64,000 bases of DNA from Eledone cirrhosa (Eukaryota): assembly GCA_964016885.1 (NCBI GenBank), contig OZ024751.1, positions 17,360,001 through 17,424,000 on the forward strand, in the 5' to 3' direction. How positions within the stretch are numbered: the stretch's first letter is position 1; the number at the start of each line of letters is the position of its first letter. Below, piece by piece: positions 1 to 12,030 of the stretch. Both the position numbers and the translations under genes were made by a program. The notes under the pieces are model-generated. The model worked only from the letters and a program-made list of their open reading frames with translations, did not search any database and had not been told where the DNA came from.

Positions 1-54
1 TAAAATTTCTGGCCTTGTGCCTATTTAAGAAAACATTATTCTAGAATGTAAGGG

Positions 55-273
55 AAGCGGATTGCCAGTATCGTTAGGCCGTCAGACAACATGCTTCACA
101 GGAGAGAGTTACGGCACTTTACGTTCTAAGTTCCAATCCCGCGCAGGTTAGCTTTGTCTTTTATCCTTACGGAGTCAATAAAATAAAGCACTAGTGATGC
201 ACTAGGGTTGATTTAATAGACTTTCCGCTCCCCTTCAAATTTCTGGCCTTGTGCCTAAAGTAGAAACAATTAT
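55..273 (+). mobile_element. tRNA-derived octopus-type SINE, long form
   Basis: A-box-like head, GTTCCAATCCC B-box-like motif, body CTTTTATCCTTACGGAGTCAATAAAATAAAG, tail TGGCCTTGTGCCTAAAGTAGAAACAATTATT. Flanked by the duplicated TAGAATGTAA. The tail of a preceding copy lies at 1-40. Confidence 0.8.
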
Positions 274-342
274 TTTAGAATGTAATATTGTATTGATATT
301 ATTTGTAAATGTTGTTCTTAGCTATTAATTTTGATTCTGCAG

Positions 343-361
343 ACCACCTGTTTCCATCTAG
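343..361 (+). other. Candidate 19-nt micro-exon
   Basis: ttttgattctgcag|ACCACCTGTTTCCATCTAG|gtaagt: good acceptor and consensus donor. No transcript evidence. Confidence 0.3.
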
Positions 362-436
362 GTAAGTTAATAATTTTAACCACTTCATGACTTAATAGGA
401 TATGATTTGAACAATATGTCCAATAACGTGACGATG

Positions 437-476
<40 letters not shown>

Positions 477-579
477 TGCTCAGGTGTCTTTTTGGTCCAT
501 GGAGCGCTTGCCAGCATAACTCGGATATTGCGTTTGCGTTTGCTTGTTTTCGACCCTGCCGAAATACGAATCTCGCTGA

Positions 580-626
<47 letters not shown>

Positions 627-772
627 AATTAAAATACTAGAGTGTGTTGGAGTTAAATACCCTCTTCGTATTATAGAAATGACAGTAAAGGTATAGCTCA
701 ATGTAATTAAACAGAGCCGAGGATTATAAAAATAAACCAAAGAAGCCTTCAATACATCAAAAGTCTTTATTA

Positions 773-810
773 GCCAACAATGTTTCGTCCTATTAAGGAC
801 TCATCAGGGC
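773..810 (-). ncRNA. Minimal type I hammerhead ribozyme (Penelope/retrozyme type)
   Basis: Minus strand reads GCC-CTGATGA-GTCCT(TAAT)AGGAC-GAAA-C(ATT)G-TT-GGC: intact core, 5-bp stem II, short stem III, GUU cleavage triplet, stem I GCC/GGC. It lies in a ~250-bp insert between TA tracts. Confidence 0.8.
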
Positions 811-972
811 AATTAAAGCTATAAGAAGCACTATCGGCCGATACAAGCCAAAAACTCAGAAGAATATTTTCATAATATATATATATATACATATATATAT
901 ACGTTATTCCGGGTTGAATCGGAGGTAACCACAGTAAGTAAGGTACTCAATACTTTGCAGAGTATAAAATCA

Positions 973-1025
973 GAGATTCCTGATGATTTCTAAAGAATGA
1001 AACAGTTCTAGTCCTGTAGAATCTC
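973..1025 (+). ncRNA. Type I hammerhead ribozyme
   Basis: GAGATTC-CTGATGA-TTTCT(AA)AGAAT-GAAA-CAG(TTCTAGTC)CTG-TA-GAATCTC: 7-bp stem I, ACAG/CTGT stem III, GUA triplet. A family member is at 51178-51228. Confidence 0.8.
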
Positions 1026-1716
1026 ATCTATATTAAAACTATATATATATATATATATTACTATTCGGAGAATAGTATCTCTGGTAGTATTGGGTCATAT
1101 TTCGTTTTGCCTGGAGTGTCTCTCATTCGAGTCCTTCCATCAAAGCATGTTTACAAGCTCCCATAATAGGTTCATTATTGAAATGCACTAATTCCTCTCT
1201 TTTATAAATACATTTCTTTCTTTGCATGATCGGTTTTACTATTGCATGCTTTTCTGTCTGCTATTTACTTATGATGTCTAACATTTATCTTTGCTGTATC
1301 CAAGTGTTCTTACGTTGTTTCATTCAAATACTATTGCTATTTTCCCATCCAATATTAGTTTGTGAGCGAAACAATTATTGGTTTTATCACACTTGATAAG
1401 TACTCGACATGGCTGACGGCGACCTTTCTACAAAGCTAGATATACTTGCTGCTGTCATTTTGAAATTGGTTAGGATTTTGGTTCTCTAATATGTCCTCTT
1501 TAAATCATTAATAATTGAACGTTGTTTTCGGTTCCAACCATATTGAGGATAGATTTTAACTTCTAGTAATCAAATATTAGGAAAAGAAAACCACATTTTA
1601 CTAGTATTGTCTCTCGATAAAGTGGTGGATTAAATGATTCGGTCTTTGTTCTAGCTAGTGCCACCGTAATTTCAAAGCCCCTTCTATTCTCCCAGGAATG
1701 AATACCGACATATAGT

Positions 1717-1870
1717 AGGCGGCTAACTGACAGAACCGTTAGAATATTGGATAGAATGCTTTATGGTATTCGTTCCGGCTCTTTGAGTTCAAATCCTACC
1801 GAAGTCAACTATGCATTTCATCCTTTCCAGATCGATAAAAAAAGTACCAATCTAGTGCTGGGGTGGATTC
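1717..1870 (+). mobile_element. Diverged tRNA-derived SINE running into (CT)n
   Basis: GAGTTCAAATCCTACCGAAGTCAACTATGCATTTCATCCTTTCCAGATCGATAAAA matches the SINE consensus seen elsewhere in the window. Confidence 0.7.
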
Positions 1871-1871
1871 T

Positions 1872-1970
<99 letters not shown>

Positions 1971-2883
1971 CTATCTCCCTCTCTTTCTCTGGAAGAAATC
2001 TGCAGTACTCAGGCCTGGAGCTGGATAGGCTCAGCCAGTCTTAGCATGCCCAATGGAAAGACCTATGGAACATTTTGTCCTCAGTTTGATCTGGCAATCC
2101 ACTTCTTTATTTTTGAAGCAGAGGATTGGTGGAATTTTTAAAGAGTTGAACTATTTCGCCATCTCATCATACTCGCTGCGTTTTGAGTTCAAATTCCACC
2201 TTCTGGTAGAAGAAGCGAACAGTAGTCAGAATAAATGGTGGAGAAACCAATAGACAATATGTATCGAGGTTCGATAAAATAAAGTACCAGTATTATACTG
2301 GGTAATTGCTGGCCTTGTGCCAAAGGTAGAAACAATTATTTGATTAGTTACTGTCATATAGCATACCGTTGCTATACGGCACTTAGCTGTCGTAGTGATT
2401 GTACTTGTGTGTGACGACTTTGCTAAGCATATTTGTTCAACTTCAACTCAATGGCTAAACATTTATTCCAATATAATATTAAATTTTTAAATTAAATTCT
2501 CTAAATGTGTGTGTGTGTGTGGGGGGGGGGGGTATGTATGTGTGTATGTATGTGTGTGTGTGTGTGTAGATAAGTATGCATATTTGCTCTAAATGTCAGT
2601 CCCTCCCCCAGAAATATGATTGGACAATTTTCGGATTTCTCTCTACAATTCTAAAATGGCAGAAATACCCACGTTCATTTTGTGTAAGGATACCAAATAC
2701 TAGTTTTTCTCTGACTAAAGTGTGTATGTAGGATGTCTAATATTCACAGAAAATATCTAATAACATTGATTCTTAGTGGATTGTGTGAACTTTCAATGAA
2801 TTTAACTGGCGAAACATGAGTAGAAACCGAATTATGGACATGAATGACAAAGGATAAAAACCTGTCTGCTTAGTTCATAGAAA

Positions 2884-3277
2884 ATAATTGTTTCTACTTT
2901 TTGGCACAAGGCCAGCAATTACCCAGTACATTACTGGTACTTTATTTTATCGACCCCGTAAGGATGAAAGGCAAAGTTAACCTCGACGGGATTTGAACTC
3001 AGACCGTAAAGGGACGTAACTATGCTGGAAAACATGGCGTCCGACCCTCTACCGATACTGCCAATTCACCGCCCTAGTTCATAGAAAATAATTGTTTCTA
3101 CTTTAGGCACAAGGCCAGCAATTATCCAGTGCATTACTGGTACTTTATTTTATCGACCCCGTAAGGATGAAAGGCAAAGTCAACCTCGGCGGGATTTGAA
3201 CTCAGACCGTAAAGGGACGTAACTATGCTGGAAAGCATGGTGTCCGACCCTCTACCGATACTGCCAATTCACCGCCC
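2884..3277 (-). mobile_element. Two head-to-tail SINE copies (short form)
   Basis: Two ~190-bp copies separated and flanked by three copies of TAGTTCATAGAAAATAAT. Confidence 0.9.
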
Positions 3278-3536
3278 TAGTTCATAGAAAATAATGTCTC
3301 TCAATCTATGTAAACAACATGCCACGTAATGAGAATTAGCCTACTAAACGCCGGCTACCTCAAAGCTATTGATCAACGACGATTCTGTAGATAACATATA
3401 TTTCGGACATCGATTTTATCGGTGTTATTTATATCATTCAAGATGTTCCATAAACATGAATCGAACATGAATCACTAATTTATCATCCCGGAAGTCAAAT
3501 TACACAAGCAGACGTGCATTATTATAGAAGTGTAAT

Positions 3537-3735
3537 GGGCGGTGGATTGGCAGATTGGCAGTATCGGTAGAGGGTCGGACGCCATGCTTTCCAGCATAGT
3601 TACGTCCCTTTACGATCTGAGTTCAAATCCCGCCGAAGTTGACGTTGCCTTTCATCCTTACGGGTTTGATAAAATAAAGTACCAGTAATGCACTGGGTAA
3701 TTTCTGGCCTGGTGCCTAAAGCAGAAACAATTATT
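3537..3735 (+). mobile_element. Full-length tRNA-derived SINE with TSD
   Basis: GGGCGGTGGATTGGCAGATTGGCAGTATCGGTAGAG...GAGTTCAAATCCC...GAAACAATTATT, with TSD ATTATAGAAG(T/G)GTAAT on both sides. Confidence 0.9.
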
Positions 3736-4772
3736 ATAGAAGGGTAATATTATTCAGCAAATTTCGTGGTTGTGAAAAGTTAATAAAGTTCACTGAATGA
3801 AGATTAGCGGTTAATGTTTCCCTGAAATTATACATCAATAAAATCAATTTTTTTCATATAATTACATTTGTCGATGGAAAATACAATAATGAATGATGAG
3901 CTGGATTAATTAGGAACATTCAGAATGAAGTATTTAATTATGTTTATAAACGAACGACCACTGAATATTAATTACTTTCGTAGATATCCTCTAAGTCAGG
4001 AAACATATAAGTCTTCCAGCCTTATAAGTTATAAAGTGAAATTGCTTTGAAACAACCCATGCAATGCAAGTTACAATCAACTGTTGTTCAAACAGAAATA
4101 AAGTAAAACATAAGTTTACAATTTTACTTTATGTGCAAAAGAAGACAGCTTGTCATCACAAACACACACTATGCTTTGTTTTGTTTTGTACCATTTTCGT
4201 TGTATTTCTTTGTTTCTATCTTATATTACTCTGTTTTGTTTCTTAAAAAACATTTTAAAGTTCACACCTCTATTTAGTAGAAATATATGATTCACTAATA
4301 TTTCCTTAAGCTATGATGTTGAGCTAAAATGTTCTAATTGGTATATTTATTAAAAGACGATTGCCATAAATTCACTTAAGCCTGATTAGCTATGAACAAG
4401 CGTAGGCATCCATTAAACATAATGTTTCTCTATTAGTGGATACAAGCGATTGCAAATGTCGAAGATTTAATAATAAATAATACATCACACAGTATACGAT
4501 TTCTACACATTTCCCAAGGAAACTTTAAAGTTAATATAGAACCAAATTATCAATTAGGATATGATACATGAAAGAATACTTTATGAGATTTATGTGGTGT
4601 GAAACTTAAACTTGTTTTGAATTAATTGTGAATGTTAAAACTATTTTAGTTACATTACACAGCTGGATATAATAAACATGCGACCTGAATACAGTATTAA
4701 TGTTTTAGTCAATAATGATTTTAACAGAATAAGGAATATTTTTCGATTAATATTCTATAATTATTCCTTCAG

Positions 4773-4813
4773 ATCTACTACAGAGTTACTAAGCTCCATT
4801 GTCGCCATTAAAC
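4773..4813 (+). other. Candidate 41-nt exon
   Basis: ttattccttcag|ATCTACTACAGAG...GCCATTAAAC|gtaagt. Open in one frame only (RSTTELLSSIVAIK), which is phase-compatible with 343-361 and 9854-9868. Confidence 0.35.
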
Positions 4814-6041
4814 GTAAGTATCTAGCTTGCATATTCAGGCAGCTTCAGAAATTTATATTAATATTTATCAACAGTTTATATTCTCCTCAGAGTTGTAAGA
4901 TGAGTGTACTTATGTATTCTTATTAATATTACATTTCCTAATGTTAGTGTATATACTGAGAAAGGAGGAAAGGAATTTAGAGCTAAATTAAAATATGTAT
5001 TAAAAGTATGACAATACTAAGGCTAAAGCTTTTTGGGTAAAGTATTTGTTGGCTACCCAATATGCTAGTGCATAATACTATCCCCACCCCACCTTTCATG
5101 ATATGAATACAGTATTTTTCGGGGTATTGTACGGATTCTGTTAAAATACACATTACTTTTTGGCCAGATGTATGTCTGGAAACCCTACTTTTGGTATATA
5201 ACGCGCAGGAGAAACAGGGTAAATCTGCCGCTGGAGATTCAAGATAGAGAGCATTGGCGAATGCAGAGATGTAGGTAAATTGTGTTATTTTCCAATAAAA
5301 AGCAAATTACCCAGGTATTTAAATTTTTCGTAGTTGTGACATGTGAACCTAACTCGTCAGCTGGCTGTTTTCACGGTAGCAGGTCTGAAAAACAAAGCTG
5401 GAAACATTTAGTTATAGTGCCTACCACGCTTCCACAATATCAAACAAGGAAAAAAGTAAAAAGAATTGCGGGACATAAATGGAAGATTACGATAGTACCC
5501 ATGTGATCATAGGCTTTAAAAATCAGATTTGCCACCTCTGATATACAACTAAGCTATCAACAGAGATCGAAGTAGCATTTAGAAACAATTGTTGAGTCAC
5601 AATAAATTTCTCCCTTACACGCAAATATATACATTTAGGATAAACGTTTCTGAAAAATATTATCAAATCGCACAAGCTAGAATAGTATAGAGAACAAAAG
5701 AAAAAAACTAATGCATAAATAAATATGCATATTGATTTAATATTTATTTGTTGTTGTTTCTTTGCTGTAGTAATGCAGTTAGAAAATCTTCCATTTCAAT
5801 GTAATTGAATGAGAAACATCGGGGTTAAGTATTTCGCTCCTGTCAAAGTAGCTGACTTTCAGATACCTTTAGTTAGACAATCTATAAATGAAATTATAAA
5901 ATAATTAATAGAAATTTGGATATAATATTGACCAAAATCTTGAAGTTATACTGTCTCTATTTGAATATATAATCATATATAATCATTTCTGGCTATTGCT
6001 CTCTGATTTCTCAAGTCCATATATATGAATGTATACATATA

Positions 6042-7431
6042 TAGGAAAAAGTATGACCCCGACAGCAGAGCTCCAGCCGTTTCGACGGCTATTTCTGGAC
6101 CAAATTAGAATTTTTAGCCTGGTGAAAAAATAGCCGAACTTGTCAAGGGGTACTTCCTTATATGGGAAGATTGTAGTTGTCAAGAGGATTGGTCAAAATG
6201 TGTTCTAAAGTTACACGCCGTCCGGGTAACTTATGCTCGGAGGAAACATTACAAATGCTGTTATCGAAGGACCAACTCCTAAACAAGAAAGACGAACTGG
6301 TAACCGCATGCAAACACAGATTGCGTAGGACTTACCTCACCCTCAAACCCCATAACGACCCGGGTGGGTAGACAAGGGCTGATACTTGCCGAATAAGTTA
6401 GGGCAAACCTCAACTTGCATACGTAGATGTAACTCTTTTCTTTTCCTCTGTTTTCTTCTTCCCCCTGTCTCATCCTATCACTTCCTTCCACCCCCCGATC
6501 TTCTTCCTCGTCTGTTTTTCCCCCTTTCGCCTCCTCCGATGCAGCCCATCGGGTCTCTGTAGCCTCAGTACCCCCACCCCTGTAATTTTAAGATAGCATT
6601 GGCCGAATACGCTTTACTAACTTTTATAGCAGATGTGTTAGACCCCTGTAATTTTGTATTATTTTTGTTACTACTCCATTTCTACAATTTCTAATTTTTT
6701 TTTCTATTCTCCATTTATTAACCTGAAATTGTAAGATAGCATTGGCGGAGTACGCTTTAATAAATATTTTTAGCCGCTGTGTTAGACCCCTGAAAATTTG
6801 CTTTATATTTTTTCACTACCCACTTCTACAATTTATTATTTAGTATTTTCCATTCTCAACTTATTAACCTTTTCTATAGCTTTGGCCGTACAAGCAACAC
6901 CTACTAATAATAGCAGCTCTTTCTAGACCATACTGTTTTTTTTCTGGGTTTTTTAAAATCATTTCTCACTATCTAATTTTATATATTTTTTTATATTTCT
7001 TTCTATTATTTTTTATTGTCTCCTACTCTCATTCGAACTACTTATTCTATAACTTCCCTCCTCCATTTCTCCAGAACAATTTTTCGACTTTTCATACATT
7101 ATCCTTAGAATCTGGTGTATACATAACACTTTCAACGCTTGACCGGCTCCACTCACTCCCTCATTGTTCTACAGGCAAGTTCAGCCACCCCTACCTCCCA
7201 CCAAATGCCATGATAGACTTATTTGTGTTTACAATAAATGTTGACCAATCCTCTTGACAACTACAATCTTCCCATATAAGGAAGTACCCCTTGACAAATT
7301 CGGTTATTTATTCACCAGGCTAAAAATTCTAATTTAGTTCAGAAATAGCCGTGAAACGGCTTGAGGTCTGCCGTCGGAGTCATACTTATTCCTAATACCC
7401 ACTCTACTACCCTAAGTAGTAGAGTGGGTAT
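6042..7431 (+). mobile_element. 5'-truncated Penelope-like element with inverted pLTR copy
   Basis: 6042-6195 is the reverse complement of 7241-7394. The interior (ORF 6177-6371) encodes NLCSEE..LLSKDQLLNKKDELVTACKH, resembling the LC..EK...LLNK..EL...C.H C-terminus of PLE GIY-YIG proteins. TA-rich flanks. Confidence 0.7.
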
Positions 7432-7495
7432 ATATATAACGGCGATGAATTAGTTTTGCGAGGTATTTTATATGATATCGTGTGTCGAAACAAAT

Positions 7496-8564
7496 ATTGT
7501 TATACTTGGGGAGGGTCATATTTGTGTAATATTGCCAGAATTAATAACAAAACACATTCACTGTTTGGTTGGTTTTGGCTTTTCGCTTCTGTGTCTTTTA
7601 TATCGGTAATCTAATTTATTCGGGCCTCAATGTTGCCATTGACTGACCAACGGTCACAAATAATACAGATACAATATAGACACAAACACATATATATATA
7701 GTTCATCAAAGTTCTTTCGTTGCACATCTGTAAAACTAGAAACGTAGTCTATAGCATAAGATGTACAGATGGTACTTGCAGAAACATGACTACAACATAC
7801 ATAGGCGAGACAGCTCGTAGCATAGGTGAAAGGATAGACCAACACTGGGGGGAACTAAAAGGACGAAAAAACGAGTCAGTACTATGAGAACATGCCAGAC
7901 AACAACACGACGGTAACATAGACAACATAGATATTAGAATAATATCTAAACATAGAAATGACCCAGCAGATAGGGAAATCAGAGAGGCCAGTGAACTAGA
8001 ACTTGGAAGGCCAAGACTAAACAGAAATAATGAATGGAATAACAACAACACCCAAACAAACAACACTGACCTAAGAGAAGTATAAATAAATAAATAAATA
8101 CTTACACAAGCACAATAACAACAAACACATATTAACACACACTAGTAAAGATAGAATACATTAACCGATACACAGTCACCCAATCACGAACACACATCAA
8201 ACAAAACACTATACACACACGCAAACGCATGCGCAAAGAAGACAAAATAAATTAAACAAACAAATAAATAAATAAATATATAAACAGACTAAATAAAGAT
8301 GGCGTAGACATACAATAGCACCACTGACGATGTTGCAGATGTGCAACGAAAGAACTTTGATAAACTATATATATATGTGTTTGTGTCTATATTGTATCTG
8401 TATTATTTTTGACCGTTGGTCAGTCAATGGCAACATTGAGGACCGAATAAATTAAATTACCGATATAAAAGACACAGAAGCGAAAAGCGAAAACCAACCA
8501 AACAGTGAGTGTGTTCTGTTATTAATTCTGGCGATATTACACACATATGACCCTCCCCAAGTAT

Positions 8565-8570
<6 letters not shown>
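7496..8570 (+). mobile_element. 5'-truncated Penelope-like element with inverted pLTR, inserted in (TA)n
   Basis: 7496-7730 is the reverse complement of 8336-8570. A GIY-YIG domain lies between the arms, and a hammerhead-like CTGACGA-TGTTGCA(GATG)TGCAAC-GAAA is at 8324-8351. Confidence 0.9.
7729..8085 (+). pseudogene. GIY-YIG endonuclease domain of a Penelope-like retroelement (disrupted)
   Basis: Manual translation: CKTRNVVYSIRCTDGTCRNMTTTYIGETARSIGERIDQHWGELKGRKNESVL*EHARQQHDG...DREIREASELELGRPRLNRNNEW. It shows VVY...YIGET.R and EA...P.LN motifs, with an in-frame TGA at 7885. Confidence 0.88.
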
Positions 8571-8606
<36 letters not shown>

Positions 8607-8971
8607 TGCAGGGTAAAGCATTCAACTAAATGCGCAGGTGGTTCTGTTTACTGCAGAGTATATTTATAAATAAGACGTAAGTCAACAGGTAAAAATTAAC
8701 CTTCTACATTCATAGTCACTGTTATATATATTTGGGTGATAACCATTATGCAACAGCTATGAACTTGCTAGACAGCTAGAATTTGAACAGAAAAACATAA
8801 CGACGGACTTGAGGTACTTCTGTTATTTGTTTTTTTTTAATATATGCTCAGTGCTGAAGTTTGGTGTTGCTACCTTGAGAAAACAATACAACATTATAGC
8901 TGTGTGATAAGGTGCATAGACGTTAAAATGATTTGAAGTATAATAATTGGTTTCTCACATTGATGTATATA

Positions 8972-9017
<46 letters not shown>

Positions 9018-9029
9018 CACACATACACA

Positions 9030-9078
<49 letters not shown>

Positions 9079-9853
9079 ACACACACACACACACAGACAC
9101 ACACACACACACACACAAAGTTTCTTTTAAATTGTTCAATACTGAAAAAGAAATCGGTGACCTTAACACTTTTAAAATATAATTATAACAACCAGCTTCT
9201 TTTAGGAAAATTAATGGTGCTATTTATATTATTATGTATTGAGATATGAATGTAATGATTATCCTATTTATTATTTTAAATGAACAAAGTCTAGAGGTAA
9301 TTATATATAAAATCAACTCCCATGACCTTCAGTTGAATCTTTCGTTCACTAAGAATATTTCAAATAGAAACGTTCAATTTTCATTCCATAGTAATGTTTT
9401 GCGGTATTTTCCCATCTCTCGGCAGTCTGAGTTCACGTCATACCGAGGTTAACTTGGCCTTTCATACTTCCGAAGTTAATACATTACAGTGCTAATTCTA
9501 CTGTGGTCAAATGTTCCCATATATATCTTTCTCATTTCCTGGATGTTTATATGAATATGTCTTTATACGTATGTGTACACATATGTGTATATCATACATG
9601 GTTGCTACAAACTCTAGCTAAGTGTATTGCAATCGCTTGTCAGATTACAGAAAATGGTGCACTTTTAGCCTCGGTCAGCCACACGAATCTGTCACAGATC
9701 TTGAACAAGCAGTGCCTGTGATTAAATAATGAATAAATAATGAATGAATATTATGTAATGTATCTACTAAATCTCGTAGCTCTTGATTAAACTTAAATAT
9801 TCTTATATATAAAGTATTGCTTATTTTAAGATTCACTTACTTTAAATTTTCAG

Positions 9854-9868
9854 ATGTCAACACTTACG
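9854..9868 (+). other. Candidate 15-nt micro-exon
   Basis: tttaaattttcag|ATGTCAACACTTACG|gttagc. Frame-preserving length. Confidence 0.25.
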
Positions 9869-10343
9869 GTTAGCGTCCGTTATTTTATAACACGTATTAT
9901 ATCGCTTATATAAATGTTTATATGTTTGCATCGTTATATAACGTTTATATTTCCGGCGGTAATTTTCTCCTTTTTCGTTTTCACAATATTTTAGATCATT
10001 ATAAATGCTGTACATATATAATATCGGCTTTTTTTTTAATGTATCATGGATAACTTTACTGATTACAGAAGAGAGTGTAACACAGACTTCGTTCAATTTC
10101 TGTGCATATTGTCAATTACGATTTCATTTAAGGTATCATATATACATGGGTATATATTTGCGTATAATATCAATATGCACACAACAGATGCTAGCAGAAA
10201 ACCACCCGAAGTGTGGTTTTTCTGCTGGCATATATAATATTGGTGTCACATATGAACAACATAGTCTATGATGAAATGGTATTAGAAAATTTGGAAAATA
10301 TAACGTTATAGGTAGTTTCCTTTGGGAACAGTTTTATTGAAAG

Positions 10344-10780
10344 ACTAGCAGAGGTACCCGGTGTTGCTCGGGTATTAAATAGCAGTTATGTATACCATTT
10401 ATGTCAATACTTCAGTGCTGCTTCGAAAACTATACATTTACAAAATCATCGGCTTTTTCCAAAAGGGGGTTCCTGCCCCCAGGGGTCCCTTACTCAATAT
10501 GTGCCAATTCTGAGAGTTCACATTTATGTGGAGAACAAACGTAGCCCATGTGTCAAGTTTTATGAAAAACGGTTGCGAACTCCAGAAGTTATGACGTTTT
10601 GTTGCATGGTACTGCAGTGCTTCAGTCGACTCCAAGGAAGTGGTTAAAGGGGGTTATCTGCCGGGATGCCCTATAATCAATATCTGGAAAAATGAAAGTG
10701 CCCATCACCATGCGGAGCACATAAGTAACCTATGTCTTAAGTTTGGGGAAAATACTGTAGAAATGCATATATCCGCTTAT
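10344..10780 (+). mobile_element. Non-autonomous Helitron/Helentron-like (HINE-type) element fragment
   Basis: Starts ACTAGCAGAGGTACCCGGTGTTGCTCGGG (subterminal CCCG/CGGG hairpin). The body 10460-10760 is homologous in reverse to 45490-45780. Confidence 0.6.
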
Positions 10781-10959
10781 ATCACTACCTTAAGCAGTTA
10801 AACCGAAGATATTCATGAATATGCACTGGTGAATGATAGTGTAATTATTTGATATCATTTTAAACGTAATAGCAGGTTGAGGCTGCTGATCACTTTGTGA
10901 AATCTATGCTTAAGGCACATATAATTGTCCGAATATCTTGGATAAAATTGAATTTCAAG

Positions 10960-11290
10960 ACAATAGACTTGAGAAGTATGAACCTCGCGAATTACGAGAT
11001 AGTTATGCTCTAGAAGTGAAGAATCGATTTCAAGCTATCAATCAATTTGACAGATATCCTGAAGAACTATGACAAGAAATTAAAGACATTGTACGAGATG
11101 CATGTGAGATATCAATTCACAAAAAGCAAAAAGACTGTAGGAAAATCAAAATGGATTCCAGCAATATCAATAAAAATTTCAGAAGAACGTTGGAAGATAA
11201 ACGCACGAGAGATATGAAGTAATTCAAAAGACTATATAGTAAATTTCAAAGCGTGAGAGAAAAGAAATAATAAACACTTATATATAGACG
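10960..11290 (+). mobile_element. Degenerate RTE/BovB-like LINE fragment (region between endonuclease and RT)
   Basis: Translation YALEVKNRFQAINQFDRYPEEL*QEIKDIVRDACEISIHKKQK resembles the BovB-type Y.VEV.NRF..L...R.P.ELW.E..DIV segment (recalled from memory). Confidence 0.7.
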
Positions 11291-11349
11291 GAATGTAAAA
11301 TAGCAGAAGTCGTTTTCCTTCCTGTAACTTACATTCTACTCTTTTTATT

Positions 11350-12030
11350 GTGATCGCATTCTCTGCTGCTGTCTATCAATACATTCCTCCTTTTTCACCT
11401 TTCTATGTGCCGTGCCGTTGCTCTGTACCATCAGTTCGATTCTCTTCATGTTTGATGCTACAATGAAGTTTCATACTACTGAAGGTTAACTGCGGTTTGT
11501 TTTTGTTTTCGGGGCTCACCAATTTAAATATCCACGCTGATTTCACCTAATCAGATGATGTGCCCCCCCCCCCCCCCCCGCCGTTTCTGTCGCTGCTGTC
11601 TAAGGACACATATCCTCCTCTCTTTTACTTTTCTTTATGTCGTACCACTGCACGAACAGTCCGATTCATTTCATGTTTGATGCTACAATGAGATATAACT
11701 CGGGCTTAACTGTGTGGTTTTCGGAGCTCATCAATTTATATATCCACGCTGATTTCACCTAATCAGATGATGTGTATCCACTCAGCCCGCATCGTTTCTG
11801 TCACTACTGTCTATTGACAGACACATTACCCCTTCTCTTACTTTTCTATGTGCCGTACCACGGCACTGCACTTTAAGTGCAATTCCTTTCATGATTGCTG
11901 CTACAATGGGGTATAATTCCGGTTTAACTGTGTGGTTTTCGGGCTCATCAATTTGAATGTCCACGTAGATTTCACCTAATCACATGGGTGATGTGGATCC
12001 CCGAAGCCCTCACTGTTTCTGTCGCAAAAT
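11350..12030. repeat. Three diverged ~210-bp tandem units
   Basis: Recurring blocks CTGCTGTCT, TTCATGTTTGATGCTACAATG, GGGGCTCA(C/T)CAATTT and TCCACGCTGATTTCACCTAATCA at roughly 210-220-bp spacing. Confidence 0.8.

Noticed and set aside
1060-1710. Possible decayed PLE ORF on the minus strand (..NEPIMGACKH..)
   Set aside because: Too degenerate to support beyond a short motif.
5215-5540. Possible MITE (CAGGGTAAATCTG / CAGATTTGCCACCTCTG)
   Set aside because: Weak TIR match and no TSD.
4773-9868. IVAIKHVN resemblance to kinase subdomain II (e.g. receptor guanylyl cyclases)
   Set aside because: Too short, depends on a hypothetical splice, and no other kinase motifs are found.
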